A DNA stretch of 25,523 bases from Thermodesulfovibrio sp. (GTDB lineage Bacteria; Nitrospirota; Thermodesulfovibrionia; Thermodesulfovibrionales; JdFR-85): NCBI GenBank assembly GCA_027016675.1, contig JALUSH010000162.1, positions 1 through 25,523 of the forward strand, read 5' to 3'. The notes beneath the pieces were generated by a model. It made no database searches, was not told the origin of the DNA, and worked only from the letters and a program-made list of their open reading frames with translations. Position numbers and translations under genes: made by a program. This document shows, piece after piece, positions 1 through 8,343 of this stretch; the stretch's first letter is position 1; the number at the start of each line of letters is the position of its first letter.

Positions 1-42
1 GACCAATGATACAACAGCAATAATTATGCCCCTTAATATCAA
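1..42 (-). CDS. 5' end of a gene running off the left edge (MILRGIIIAVVSLV...); hydrophobic N-terminus, probably the next secretion-system component
   Basis: On the minus strand, AAGGAG is followed 7-8 nt later by TTG at 42, and the frame stays open to position 1 with a signal/TM-like peptide. It is co-oriented with the T2SS genes. The product cannot be determined from 14 codons. Confidence 0.55.
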   Translation of the reverse strand, partial: MILRGIIIAVVSLV

Positions 43-77
43 AACTACTCTCCTTTCTTTCTAAATTCAGCGTTAAA

Positions 78-214
78 TTGTCACGCCAGAATCTATCTCA
101 CCATCTCAAAGACCCTGAAACAAGTTCAGGGTGACAAAAAAGTTCTGTCATGCCGAATCTGTTTCGGCATCTCGATTTTAGATCCTGAACCAACCCTGAA
201 CTAAATTCAGGACA
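78..214. repeat. REP/REPIN-like tandem palindromic element (two related double-hairpin units)
   Basis: Hairpins: ACCCTGAA-acaag-TTCAGGGT (112-132), ATGCCGAA-tctgt-TTCGGCAT (150-170) and CCTGAA-ctaaa-TTCAGG (195-211). Outer inverted repeat TTGTCAC (78-84)/GTGACAA (131-137). Both units start TGTCA(C/T)GCC. Confidence 0.7.
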
Positions 215-245
215 ATCTACAGGATAACACTCAAACACCGATGAC

Positions 246-806
246 TCAAGAATTTGAGTCAGATATTGCCGGATTTGAGGATCTTATGTATCCTGTAAAG
301 TGCCCTCTCATCCTGAGCTTGTAAGGGTCCCTGATGTTAATTACCCGGAAATTCAAAAGATCAATACTTATTAAATATTTACTATTAATAATCTTTTGTA
401 AAAATTCCGATAACCTGCCCATGTCTCCAGTAACGGTTATTTGTACAGGAATTCCTTTGTAGTATTTATAATCTATCTTTTCAAGGGGTCTTAAAGAGGT
501 CATCGTTAACATTGAATCATCTACATAGTTACTGATGAGTTCCTGCATGAAAACCCTTGCCCTGTTTTCCTCCTCCACAGGTAATAGTCCTGTTTCTAAT
601 TTCTTTAATAAGGTTTTGTGTTTTTCAAGAGCTTTTACAATTGTCTCCCTGCTCCTTGCCATCTCTGTGTATTTTTTATACCTTTTGGATTTAACGAATA
701 TGGACTCTCGAATTTCTGCTCTTTTCTGCTCAATGGAGGCAATATAATTAAGAATTATTAACATTGTCAGTCCTGACAATATAATAAAAATATAACCCCT
801 TTTCAT
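246..806 (-). CDS. Type II secretion / type IV pilus inner-membrane platform protein, GspM/PilO-like (186 aa)
   Basis: N-terminal TM helix, then a coiled coil, then a PilO/GspM-like C-terminal pattern (IPVQITVTGDMGRLSEFLQKI...LISIDLLNF). Directly downstream of the GspL/PilN-like gene with a 4-nt overlap. Confidence 0.7.
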   Translation of the reverse strand: MKRGYIFIILSGLTMLIILNYIASIEQKRAEIRESIFVKSKRYKKYTEMARSRETIVKALEKHKTLLKKLETGLLPVEEENRARVFMQELISNYVDDSMLTMTSLRPLEKIDYKYYKGIPVQITVTGDMGRLSEFLQKIINSKYLISIDLLNFRVINIRDPYKLRMRGHFTGYIRSSNPAISDSNS

Positions 807-2056
807 TGCTCTATCTCCATCCTTATCACAAATCTCTCTTTGTTCTGCATTGTTACAATGGGAGACGAGAATCGGACATTCTTGAATTTATCCGAACCCT
901 CTAAGGATTTCAAAATATCAATGGCCCTTTCTGAAAAACCTGATATGTCTATTGTCTGTCCATTGTATTTAAACATAATAATCCATGAATGCTCAGGAAG
1001 GGTTTTACTTAGTGCAGAGAGGGCTTCAATCGCCCGGAATCCTTTATTCTTTAAAATAACCAATTCTGCAAGCCTCCGGTCAACCTCATCAAGTTCTCTA
1101 TTCATATTAAGTACATCAGATGCCTCTGTCTCTATGGCCTTTAGTTTCCCCTGTAGATCTGTTAACTCCCTGTAATCAATATAATAGGGTATTAATACAG
1201 AGAAGAGATAAAGTAAAAGAGAGAGCATGGCCAGGGATGTTACTCCCAGAATATATTTAGAAGGATACAAAGCTCCAGCAGTTATGTAGAAATCTATCCT
1301 GACTTTTTTCTTCCTGATAAATATTGCTTCTGATAGAGTTCTAAAATCATATTCAATTCTCTCACAGGGCATGATCTCAGATGGGGAATTATCTGGACCT
1401 GAATAATAAAAAGTCATTTCCTCTTTAACCATACTTTCCAGATATTTTGTTAAGAACTCAGGATTCCTGAAATGCCTTAACGAGAGGATCTTGCTGCTAT
1501 TTAAAAGAGCTGCTGAATAACTTCCACCATCTTTGTGAATAAAAACTGTTTTTTTATCTCTCAACTTATGGGTTTTTATGAAATCATTAAGTATCTCCAC
1601 AAAGGTAATCCTTATACCTTTTACTTTAATTCCCAACTCATTACAGATATTAATATATTGTTCAGTATCTTTTTTTGACACCACCATGACAAGAATATCT
1701 GAATAACCTCCCCTTTGTTCCAGGATATCAAAGGCAACAAGGTATTCATTGATGGATAACGGAAGACGATCTTCAATCTCATAGGGAACAGCCTTCCTTA
1801 TCTCGTTCCTTTTTCTTAATGGAAGGGTTAAGATAAATGCTGTCACACTCTGAAAGGATAGAGAGAGATAACATTGTTTGATATTATATGTCCTGGCTAT
1901 CTCGGCAAGGTCTTTTCTGAGTCTTTCAAATAATGTTGCCCTGTCATTCTCTTCAACTTCATTCTTCAATTCCACCAGTTTTCTTGAAAGCCCCTTACTT
2001 AATACACCTATCTGATATGAACTATGACTTAGTTTCAGTATCGCTATAAAGGACAT
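803..2056 (-). CDS. GspL-like protein with cytoplasmic domain, TM helix and PilN-like periplasmic domain (417 aa)
   Basis: N-terminal GspL/PilM-like segment (LTLPLRKRNEIRKAVPYEIEDRLPL), TM at about aa 270-292, and PilN-like C-terminus (LSKTLPEHSWIIMFKYNGQTIDISGFS...FKNVRFSSPI). GGAG lies upstream of the ATG. Confidence 0.75.
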   Translation of the reverse strand: MSFIAILKLSHSSYQIGVLSKGLSRKLVELKNEVEENDRATLFERLRKDLAEIARTYNIKQCYLSLSFQSVTAFILTLPLRKRNEIRKAVPYEIEDRLPLSINEYLVAFDILEQRGGYSDILVMVVSKKDTEQYINICNELGIKVKGIRITFVEILNDFIKTHKLRDKKTVFIHKDGGSYSAALLNSSKILSLRHFRNPEFLTKYLESMVKEEMTFYYSGPDNSPSEIMPCERIEYDFRTLSEAIFIRKKKVRIDFYITAGALYPSKYILGVTSLAMLSLLLYLFSVLIPYYIDYRELTDLQGKLKAIETEASDVLNMNRELDEVDRRLAELVILKNKGFRAIEALSALSKTLPEHSWIIMFKYNGQTIDISGFSERAIDILKSLEGSDKFKNVRFSSPIVTMQNKERFVIRMEIEQ

Positions 2057-2984
2057 ATTCTCTCCAGTAAAGAGTTACTGTATCAAAACCCTTTGGTGTG
2101 GGTATTCTCTTTATTACAGCCTCTATATTATAGGAAATATTGCTATCCCTTGGTGTTGCCTTTACGGTAATCCTGAAATAGGTTGTTGCCGTTTTTGAAA
2201 ACCCGACACCAGTAAAACGTGGAGGTATTAACCTGTATCCTCCAAGAGTGACTGTCCTCTGGTTCATTGCTCCATCGATCTCTATCTCACTGAGTCCCAA
2301 CAGACTCATCAACTCTCTTGAAACTGTATTGATGTTCAATCCGCCAGTGCCAAATGTCGTTATCATGCTGCTGATACCTTTATGATCTTCATCACCATAA
2401 AGTATGCCTTCACTGAAGCCTTTTACAAGATTAAGCTCTTCAATGGTATCTATACGGTCATTTTTTGTTGAATAACCAAGAGGCTCATAGTATTCATCCT
2501 CTGCACCGTTCAATCTATGGGCATCATCAGGGTCTATCCAGTCCTTCAAGGAATCGATTAATTCATTCTCTTTCTCTCTGTCAACACCGCTGTACTGAAA
2601 GAGCCGCCGCAGAAGACTTTCCGAGGCATAGTTGATATTGATTCTGCTTTCCTCATCTTCCACCTTTACCCTGACCTCTCCATCGGGCAGTTTGATATCT
2701 TCCTGCAAAGGTTCTGATTCTTTATCAAGATAGAACCTTCCCTTTTCGTCTATAAAATCTACAGATACATCTTTATCTGTCATCAGGGCATTCAAGGTCA
2801 TATTATAACCTGCCATGGCAAGATAATTAGCAATGGTCTCTTCCTTGAAGTTCCTGACCATGGCTGTGGAAAGCCTTGTAGACATATTAAATGTCATGGC
2901 TGATATTGTGAGAAGAACCAATACCCACAATACCATTATTAATGCATATCCACTGCCTTTAAGGTATCTATAGAACCCTTTCAT
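2022..2984 (-). CDS. gspK: Type II secretion minor pseudopilin GspK (320 aa)
   Basis: Prepilin-like site G|YALIMVLWVLVLL that lacks Glu+5, as is typical of GspK. Also DEESRININ and the Ca-binding-type DWIDPDD...GAEDEYY segment. Confidence 0.9.
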   Translation of the reverse strand: MKGFYRYLKGSGYALIMVLWVLVLLTISAMTFNMSTRLSTAMVRNFKEETIANYLAMAGYNMTLNALMTDKDVSVDFIDEKGRFYLDKESEPLQEDIKLPDGEVRVKVEDEESRININYASESLLRRLFQYSGVDREKENELIDSLKDWIDPDDAHRLNGAEDEYYEPLGYSTKNDRIDTIEELNLVKGFSEGILYGDEDHKGISSMITTFGTGGLNINTVSRELMSLLGLSEIEIDGAMNQRTVTLGGYRLIPPRFTGVGFSKTATTYFRITVKATPRDSNISYNIEAVIKRIPTPKGFDTVTLYWREYVLYSDTETKS

Positions 2985-2991
2985 CTCTTTA

Positions 2992-4662
2992 CTACAATTC
3001 TACCTGAGTAACCCTGAGAACCTCATCTATAGTGGTAATACCCTGTTTAACCTTTTCCAGGCCATCCTCTCTCAGGGTTCTCATACCCAGTTCGATAGCC
3101 TTCTGTCTCAGTTCTCTTGTGGTTGCCTTTTCCATGATCATCTCACGGATTTCGTCGTTTATGATTAATAATTCAAATATTGCAATCCTCCCAAGATAGC
3201 CAGTGTATGAGCAGTGCTCACATCCCTCTCCCCTGTACAGGGTATTGCTTATGTTAAACTCAAGGGCGATCTCTTTATTTTTAAAATCCTCCACCTTACA
3301 ATGTGTACAGACCCTCCTTACAAGACGCTGGGCCATAACGCCTATCAGGGTAGATGAGACAAGATAATTCTCAACCCCCATGTCCATGAGTCTTGTTATA
3401 GCACCTGGTGCATCATTGGTGTGAAGTGTGCTGAATATCAAATGCCCTGTAAGGGCAGCATGAATAGCAATTCCAGCGGTCTCAAGATCTCTTATCTCCC
3501 CTACCATGATAATATCAGGGTCCTGACGGACAATATGCCTCAGACCATTTGCAAAGGTCAGTCCTATCCTGGGCTGCACATTTATCTGATTTATTCCCTT
3601 CATAACATACTCCACAGGCTCTTCAATGGTGATTATCTTCTTATCAGGGGAGTTAATCCTGTCAAGAGAGGCATAGAGTGTTGTGCTTTTTCCACTCCCT
3701 GTAGGCCCTGTAATCAGAATCATACCATAGGGTCTATGGATTAACTCAATATAATGTTTCAACAGTATCTCATCAAAGCCGATATCTTCCAGGCCGATAA
3801 ATATCGAACCTCTGTCAAGAACCCTCATCACTATGCTTTCACCATGTACAGTGGGAATCGTGGATACCCTTATATCTATCTCCTTACCTGCATATTTACC
3901 CCTGATTCTTCCATCCTGGGGGAGCCTCCTCTCAGCAATGTTCATGGTGGCAAGGAGTTTAATACGGGAGGTCACTGCAGGGGTCATATTTACAGGTATA
4001 ACCTCTTTATCATAAAGAACACCATCGATTCGATACCTTACTCTCAGGATATCCTCTTCTGGCTCGATGTGGATATCACTTGCCCTGTCTCTGACAGCAT
4101 TCTCAATTAAAAGGTTTACTAACTGTATTATTCCCTTTTCCTGTGCAAGTCCTGTAAGGGTGTCAACCTCTACCTTCGACTCCTCGACCGCGATATCCTC
4201 CTGGACATCATCAAGTGCCTTCTTCATCATAGCCTCTCTTGAGGCAAAGAGTCTATTGAGATGTGAGATAATCACGGATTTATGGGTAAGATATGGCTTG
4301 ACATCATAACCAAAAGTAGCCTCGATAGCCTCAAGTGGTTCTATATTGATTGGATCAGCTATTGCTACAGATAGTTGATTACCCTCTATCCTGAGAGGCA
4401 GTATAAGGTTCTCTTTGAGAAACTCCTGTGATAGCCTGTCAAGAGGAAGTTTATCAGGAAGATCATCCTTTGATAATACAGGAATATTAAACTGAATTGA
4501 GAGAGCCTGAATAAGTTCCTCCTCCCTGATGGCCATCTCTGCAAGGATCTCCCCAAGACGTCTCTTATGTGGTTCTTTCTCCTGTAGCTCAAGTGCCCTT
4601 TGAAGTGCTTCTTCTGTTATATACCCCAGGCCGACTAATATTTCCCCTATTCTTTTATGCAT
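2992..4662 (-). CDS. gspE: Type II secretion / type IV pilus assembly ATPase GspE/PilB (556 aa) with N-terminal MshEN motif
   Basis: Walker A GPTGSGKSTT, Walker B IMVGEIRD, His box STLHTNDA, ASDIHIEP and RLPQDGR motifs, and two CxxC Zn pairs (CTHC, CEHC). Confidence 0.93.
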   Translation of the reverse strand: MHKRIGEILVGLGYITEEALQRALELQEKEPHKRRLGEILAEMAIREEELIQALSIQFNIPVLSKDDLPDKLPLDRLSQEFLKENLILPLRIEGNQLSVAIADPINIEPLEAIEATFGYDVKPYLTHKSVIISHLNRLFASREAMMKKALDDVQEDIAVEESKVEVDTLTGLAQEKGIIQLVNLLIENAVRDRASDIHIEPEEDILRVRYRIDGVLYDKEVIPVNMTPAVTSRIKLLATMNIAERRLPQDGRIRGKYAGKEIDIRVSTIPTVHGESIVMRVLDRGSIFIGLEDIGFDEILLKHYIELIHRPYGMILITGPTGSGKSTTLYASLDRINSPDKKIITIEEPVEYVMKGINQINVQPRIGLTFANGLRHIVRQDPDIIMVGEIRDLETAGIAIHAALTGHLIFSTLHTNDAPGAITRLMDMGVENYLVSSTLIGVMAQRLVRRVCTHCKVEDFKNKEIALEFNISNTLYRGEGCEHCSYTGYLGRIAIFELLIINDEIREMIMEKATTRELRQKAIELGMRTLREDGLEKVKQGITTIDEVLRVTQVEL

Positions 4663-4664
4663 TG

Positions 4665-6173
4665 TTACTTTGTTGGTATCCTTGGCACAGTCCCAAAAAG
4701 GTATTTAAAGTCCTCATCCTCGAACGTTATACCACCACCTATAAATAGCCCTCTCCACTTGGAATTCAAGATGTTATCAACTCCCCCACTTATGAATAAT
4801 CCATGATAGATATTATAATCAACTCCTATCTTTAGATGTGGATTCTTGGCTCCTTCCTCATCATTACCAAAGTCCCAGATATCAGCTGAGAGCTTCAGCC
4901 TGTCATCAAGAAAGAACTGGTCTGCACCAACGCCAAAGGTATTCTCTGTAATGCCTATTCTCAGGGCTGTATTGGCAAATCTCTTTGCAAACTGAGCAGT
5001 GAATTCAATCCTTTTCTCTATCTCTTCCTCTTTCTCAACAGTGCTAACACCATTTCTGGTTGTTATGGTCTCAGTGGTGGTCACCCTGCCAATAGGGTCA
5101 CCCACAATGCCAAGTATATAGTACTTATCAGGTTTTGGTTTGAGAGTGAGATAGAAATAGCCCTTACCATCGCCTGGCTTGGATAGATATTCTCCTCTGA
5201 ACGTCAGATAGGTTCTGAACCTTTCAATCTTTGCAATTGTTCGTTCCACGCCCCTGGCTGCATTGTTGACAGAATGATAGAGGCTTTCATCTGTAACAAG
5301 CTTTCCAAGAGTTCCCTCCCCTCTGTTTATCCTTTCAGTGATTGACTTTACATTATCCAGGGTCTCATCTGTTTTCTCCGCAATGCTTAGAAGCCGTGGT
5401 TTACTTTCCTGTATCAGGTCCTTCAACTCTTCTGCCATGCTGTTCAGTCTTTCAATAAGTACAGGTGCTTTTATACTAAATGTCTCTGCTGCTTTTGAGA
5501 TGTTTGTAACTGAGGCTGTAATACCTTTCCTGTTCTCATTAACAAGCTGTTGTAATGATGCTGTAAGGGTTTTTATGCCATCGAGGGTCTCTCTCAACTT
5601 CTGGTCGTTTACAACTATGCTCCTGTTGAGATTCTCTGTAATACGGGAGAGATTCCTTGCTGTTTCCTTCAGGGATGCCCTTGTTTCTTCAGCACCAAAG
5701 ATATCGTTTATGTTTTCTGTCAGTTTTATAATACTATCTGTTACATCAACAAGATTCTTTACCGCCTTTTCAATATCCACAGGTTCCTGAACATACCTGA
5801 TGGTATCCCCCTCTTCAAGTGGAGGCCCTGCTGTACCGGGTTTAATCTCAAGATATTTATCACCAAGTAGACCTGTTGATTTTATCGATGCCACAGCATC
5901 CCTGTATATCTCAATACCAGGGAAGATGCGCAGCTTGACACGAGCAACACTTCCCTTGAGGGTTATACTGTCGATTATGCCTGCATCCACACCTGCAATC
6001 TTGATCCTTGTTCTCTCATCAAGGCCTGCCACATTATGAAAATCAACATAAAGGTAGTAACCACCCTTCCTGAACCACTCTGTACCACTGACTCTGAATG
6101 TCATATAGGTAAGAATCGAAAGTACCAGCAAGGCAAATATGCCGACCTTGGTTTCTGTTGATATCCTTTTCAT
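4665..6173 (-). CDS. mlaD: Long MlaD/MCE-family protein (502 aa): TM, MCE domain, long helical region, beta-strand-rich C-terminus
   Basis: N-terminal VGIF TM anchor, MCE signature (AGL...IKIAGVDAG; ASIKSTGLLGDKYLEIKPG), GEGTLGKLVTDESLY motif. ATGA overlap with mlaF. Confidence 0.88.
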   Translation of the reverse strand: MKRISTETKVGIFALLVLSILTYMTFRVSGTEWFRKGGYYLYVDFHNVAGLDERTRIKIAGVDAGIIDSITLKGSVARVKLRIFPGIEIYRDAVASIKSTGLLGDKYLEIKPGTAGPPLEEGDTIRYVQEPVDIEKAVKNLVDVTDSIIKLTENINDIFGAEETRASLKETARNLSRITENLNRSIVVNDQKLRETLDGIKTLTASLQQLVNENRKGITASVTNISKAAETFSIKAPVLIERLNSMAEELKDLIQESKPRLLSIAEKTDETLDNVKSITERINRGEGTLGKLVTDESLYHSVNNAARGVERTIAKIERFRTYLTFRGEYLSKPGDGKGYFYLTLKPKPDKYYILGIVGDPIGRVTTTETITTRNGVSTVEKEEEIEKRIEFTAQFAKRFANTALRIGITENTFGVGADQFFLDDRLKLSADIWDFGNDEEGAKNPHLKIGVDYNIYHGLFISGGVDNILNSKWRGLFIGGGITFEDEDFKYLFGTVPRIPTK

Positions 6174-6928
6174 ACTGTAACCCCCTCTATCTTGATAGGC
6201 CCTTTGGCACTACCGGTTACAAATTGTCTTACCACTGGGTTGTCAGAATTTCTGATCTCTTCAGGAGTTCCCCTCTGTATAATCCTTCCATCATACAACA
6301 TGGCAATTGTATCAGCTATTTTATAGGCACTGGTCATGTCATGGGTAATGGTTACCGAGGTAACCCTCAGATGTTCCCTCAATCTGATTATCAAATCATT
6401 TATGGCATCAGCCATTATTGGATCAAGTCCTGTGGTAGGTTCATCATAGAGAATAATTTCTGGTTCATGGGCAATAGCCCTTGCAAGGCCTACACGTTTT
6501 TTCATTCCCCCTGATAGTTCTGATGGCATGAGGTCCTCCACATCCTTTAATCCCACTAATCTCAGTTTTTCTATAGCAATCTCCCTGGCCTTTCTGGCTG
6601 GCAGCCTGGTATGTCTTAACAGTGAAAAGGCCACATTTTCCCACACAGGCATTGAATCAAAAAGAGCAGCAGATTGAAAAAGCATACCAAATCTCTTCCT
6701 TATCTCGTAAAGGTCTTTTTCATCAAGTTCTGTAATGTCGACGCCATCAATTAAGACCTTTCCCCTCTCTGGTTTGTAAAGCCCAATAATGTGCTTCATC
6801 AAAACGCTTTTGCCTGAACCACTTCCACCTATGATTACCAGGCTCTCGCCCTTTTCAACCTGCAGATTGACTCCCTTAAGGACATCCTTGTTGTCAAAGG
6901 ATTTAAACAAATCCACGATCTCTATCAT
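6170..6928 (-). CDS. mlaF: ABC transporter ATP-binding protein, MlaF/Mkl family (252 aa from the probable start MIEIV)
   Basis: Walker A GGSGSGKS, GMLFQSAALFDSM, LSGGMKKRVGLARA, YDEPTTGLDP and H-loop TITHD. The ORF-track start at 6955 overlaps pcm; the ATG at 6928 matches the usual family N-terminus. Confidence 0.9.
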   Translation of the reverse strand: MIEIVDLFKSFDNKDVLKGVNLQVEKGESLVIIGGSGSGKSVLMKHIIGLYKPERGKVLIDGVDITELDEKDLYEIRKRFGMLFQSAALFDSMPVWENVAFSLLRHTRLPARKAREIAIEKLRLVGLKDVEDLMPSELSGGMKKRVGLARAIAHEPEIILYDEPTTGLDPIMADAINDLIIRLREHLRVTSVTITHDMTSAYKIADTIAMLYDGRIIQRGTPEEIRNSDNPVVRQFVTGSAKGPIKIEGVTV

Positions 6929-6932
6929 TACA

Positions 6933-7574
6933 CTATTCTTTCCAGCCATACTCACCTATAAGGGGGACAAAAACACAGGGTGTATGATACTCTGTCTTGA
7001 AGCTATGCCCCTTCTTTATAAGTCTGAATAATTGTTGACTGTATTTGCTGCCCACAGGTGCAACAATAATTCCCCCGTCATTAAGCTGTTTCTTTAGAAC
7101 CTCAGGGATCTCGGGTGTGCCAGCAGTTATAAGTATCCTGTCAAAAGGGGCATAATCGGGCAACCCTTTTGTTCCATCTCCAACAAAGACATAAACATTA
7201 TCATAACCAAGGTCTCTCAGTAGAGCCTCTGCCCTTTTTGCAATATCCTCAATCCGCTCAATGGTAAAGACCTCTCTTGCAAGTTCAGCAAGTACAGCCG
7301 CCTGATAACCTGAGCCAGTACCAATCTCGAGTACCCTTTCATCACCATCAAGCTCCAGCAACTCTGTCATTACAGCAACCATATAGGGCTGTGAAATGGT
7401 CTGCCCCTCTCCAATAGGAAGAGCACAATCATCATAAGCCCTGTGTCTGAGTGCTTCACCTACAAATAAATGACGAGGGACCTTTAGCATGGCATCAATT
7501 ACCCTTCTATCAGTGATCCCACGGGGCAGAAGCTGGGTTCTTACCATTTCTCTTCTTAATTCAGAGTAATCCAT
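6933..7574 (-). CDS. pcm: Protein-L-isoaspartate(D-aspartate) O-methyltransferase (213 aa)
   Basis: VPRHLFV, IGEGQTISQPYMVA, SAM motif VLEIGTGSGYQAAVLAEL, APFDRILITA and C-terminal FVPL. Confidence 0.95.
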   Translation of the reverse strand: MDYSELRREMVRTQLLPRGITDRRVIDAMLKVPRHLFVGEALRHRAYDDCALPIGEGQTISQPYMVAVMTELLELDGDERVLEIGTGSGYQAAVLAELAREVFTIERIEDIAKRAEALLRDLGYDNVYVFVGDGTKGLPDYAPFDRILITAGTPEIPEVLKKQLNDGGIIVAPVGSKYSQQLFRLIKKGHSFKTEYHTPCVFVPLIGEYGWKE

Positions 7575-8098
7575 CAGAGTATTTGAGCCCCCAGGACGTC
7601 TTTCATAATTCTCAGTGCTGCCTCATGGTCTTCATCAGACAGACCTGCAACAGCATCTTTCACAACCTCGATATTATAACCTCTCAGAACAGCATCAGAA
7701 GCTGTAAACATTACGCAGATATGTGTCACACATCCTGTAAGTCTCAGTGTATCAATACCAAGTGTCTTTAATGTATTATCAAGTTTTGTTTTGTAAAAAC
7801 CAGAATAGGTGGTCTTTTCAATTATAATGTCATCCTTGGAAGGTTTCAACTCATCCACCACCTGTGCCCCTCCTGTCCCCTTTACTGCATGAACAGGCCA
7901 TCGGAAACGCTGAAACTCACTGTCGTTAGGTTCATGGCTATCACAGACATATATAACTGGTTCACCTTCCTTGTGTGCCCTGTCTATCTCTCTTTTTATA
8001 GCAGGCATAACCTTTCTTGTACTTGGAACCTCAAGAGGCGCACCCTCAAGGACAAAATCATTAAGCATATCAATCACAAGTAATGCCCTTTTACTCAT
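7574..8098 (-). CDS. Isochorismatase-family cysteine hydrolase (nicotinamidase-like, 174 aa)
   Basis: Catalytic triad motifs LLVIDMLNDF (Asp), IIEKTTYSGF (Lys) and TGCVTHICV (Cys); metal-type D-x-H and HAV residues. GGAGG RBS upstream. Confidence 0.88.
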   Translation of the reverse strand: MSKRALLVIDMLNDFVLEGAPLEVPSTRKVMPAIKREIDRAHKEGEPVIYVCDSHEPNDSEFQRFRWPVHAVKGTGGAQVVDELKPSKDDIIIEKTTYSGFYKTKLDNTLKTLGIDTLRLTGCVTHICVMFTASDAVLRGYNIEVVKDAVAGLSDEDHEAALRIMKDVLGAQIL

Positions 8099-8131
8099 AT
8101 CCAGACCTCCTGAGTTTGAAATTATGTTAAA

Positions 8132-8140
8132 ATTATATCA
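8132..8140 (-). promoter_or_regulatory. Extended -10 promoter (TGaTATAAT) for the leftward operon
   Basis: The minus strand reads ctgTGATATAATt about 35 nt upstream of the hydrolase ATG. No clear -35 element. Confidence 0.55.
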
Positions 8141-8343
8141 CAGTTGAATTTAAGAAATCTTTTATTTTTTGGATAGTTTCTTGTAAAATAATTCTTAATC
8201 TGTTCCTTGTTGAAGAGAATTTTTACCCGGTATTTATCATTTTCAGTTGTGTCTGACTGAATCTATTTATCACAGCAGAGAGTAAAAATTTCTTGTTCTC
8301 TTGAGAAAAGCATGGACTGAAAAAAGCTTTACAGGAGGTATAA

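Noticed and set aside
78-214. CRISPR array interpretation of the repeated hairpins
   Set aside because: Only two unequal, degenerate units, with no regular spacers and no cas genes.
535-6514. Plus-strand ORFs antisense to the gsp/mla genes (e.g. 535-747, 840-1175, 3421-3744, 3754-4110, 5338-5790, 6158-6514)
   Set aside because: They lie fully opposite well-supported genes, show no recognisable motifs or RBS, and have the Ser/Phe/Leu-rich composition typical of shadow ORFs.
8221-8343. Possible SAM-I riboswitch or T-box upstream of the ThrC-like gene (TTATCAC..GAG resembles the SAM-I 5' end)
   Set aside because: The SAM-I core (GAGGGA..GGCCC..GCAACC, P1 closure), the T-box sequence and a terminator are all missing. 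There is also no Thr-rich leader peptide.
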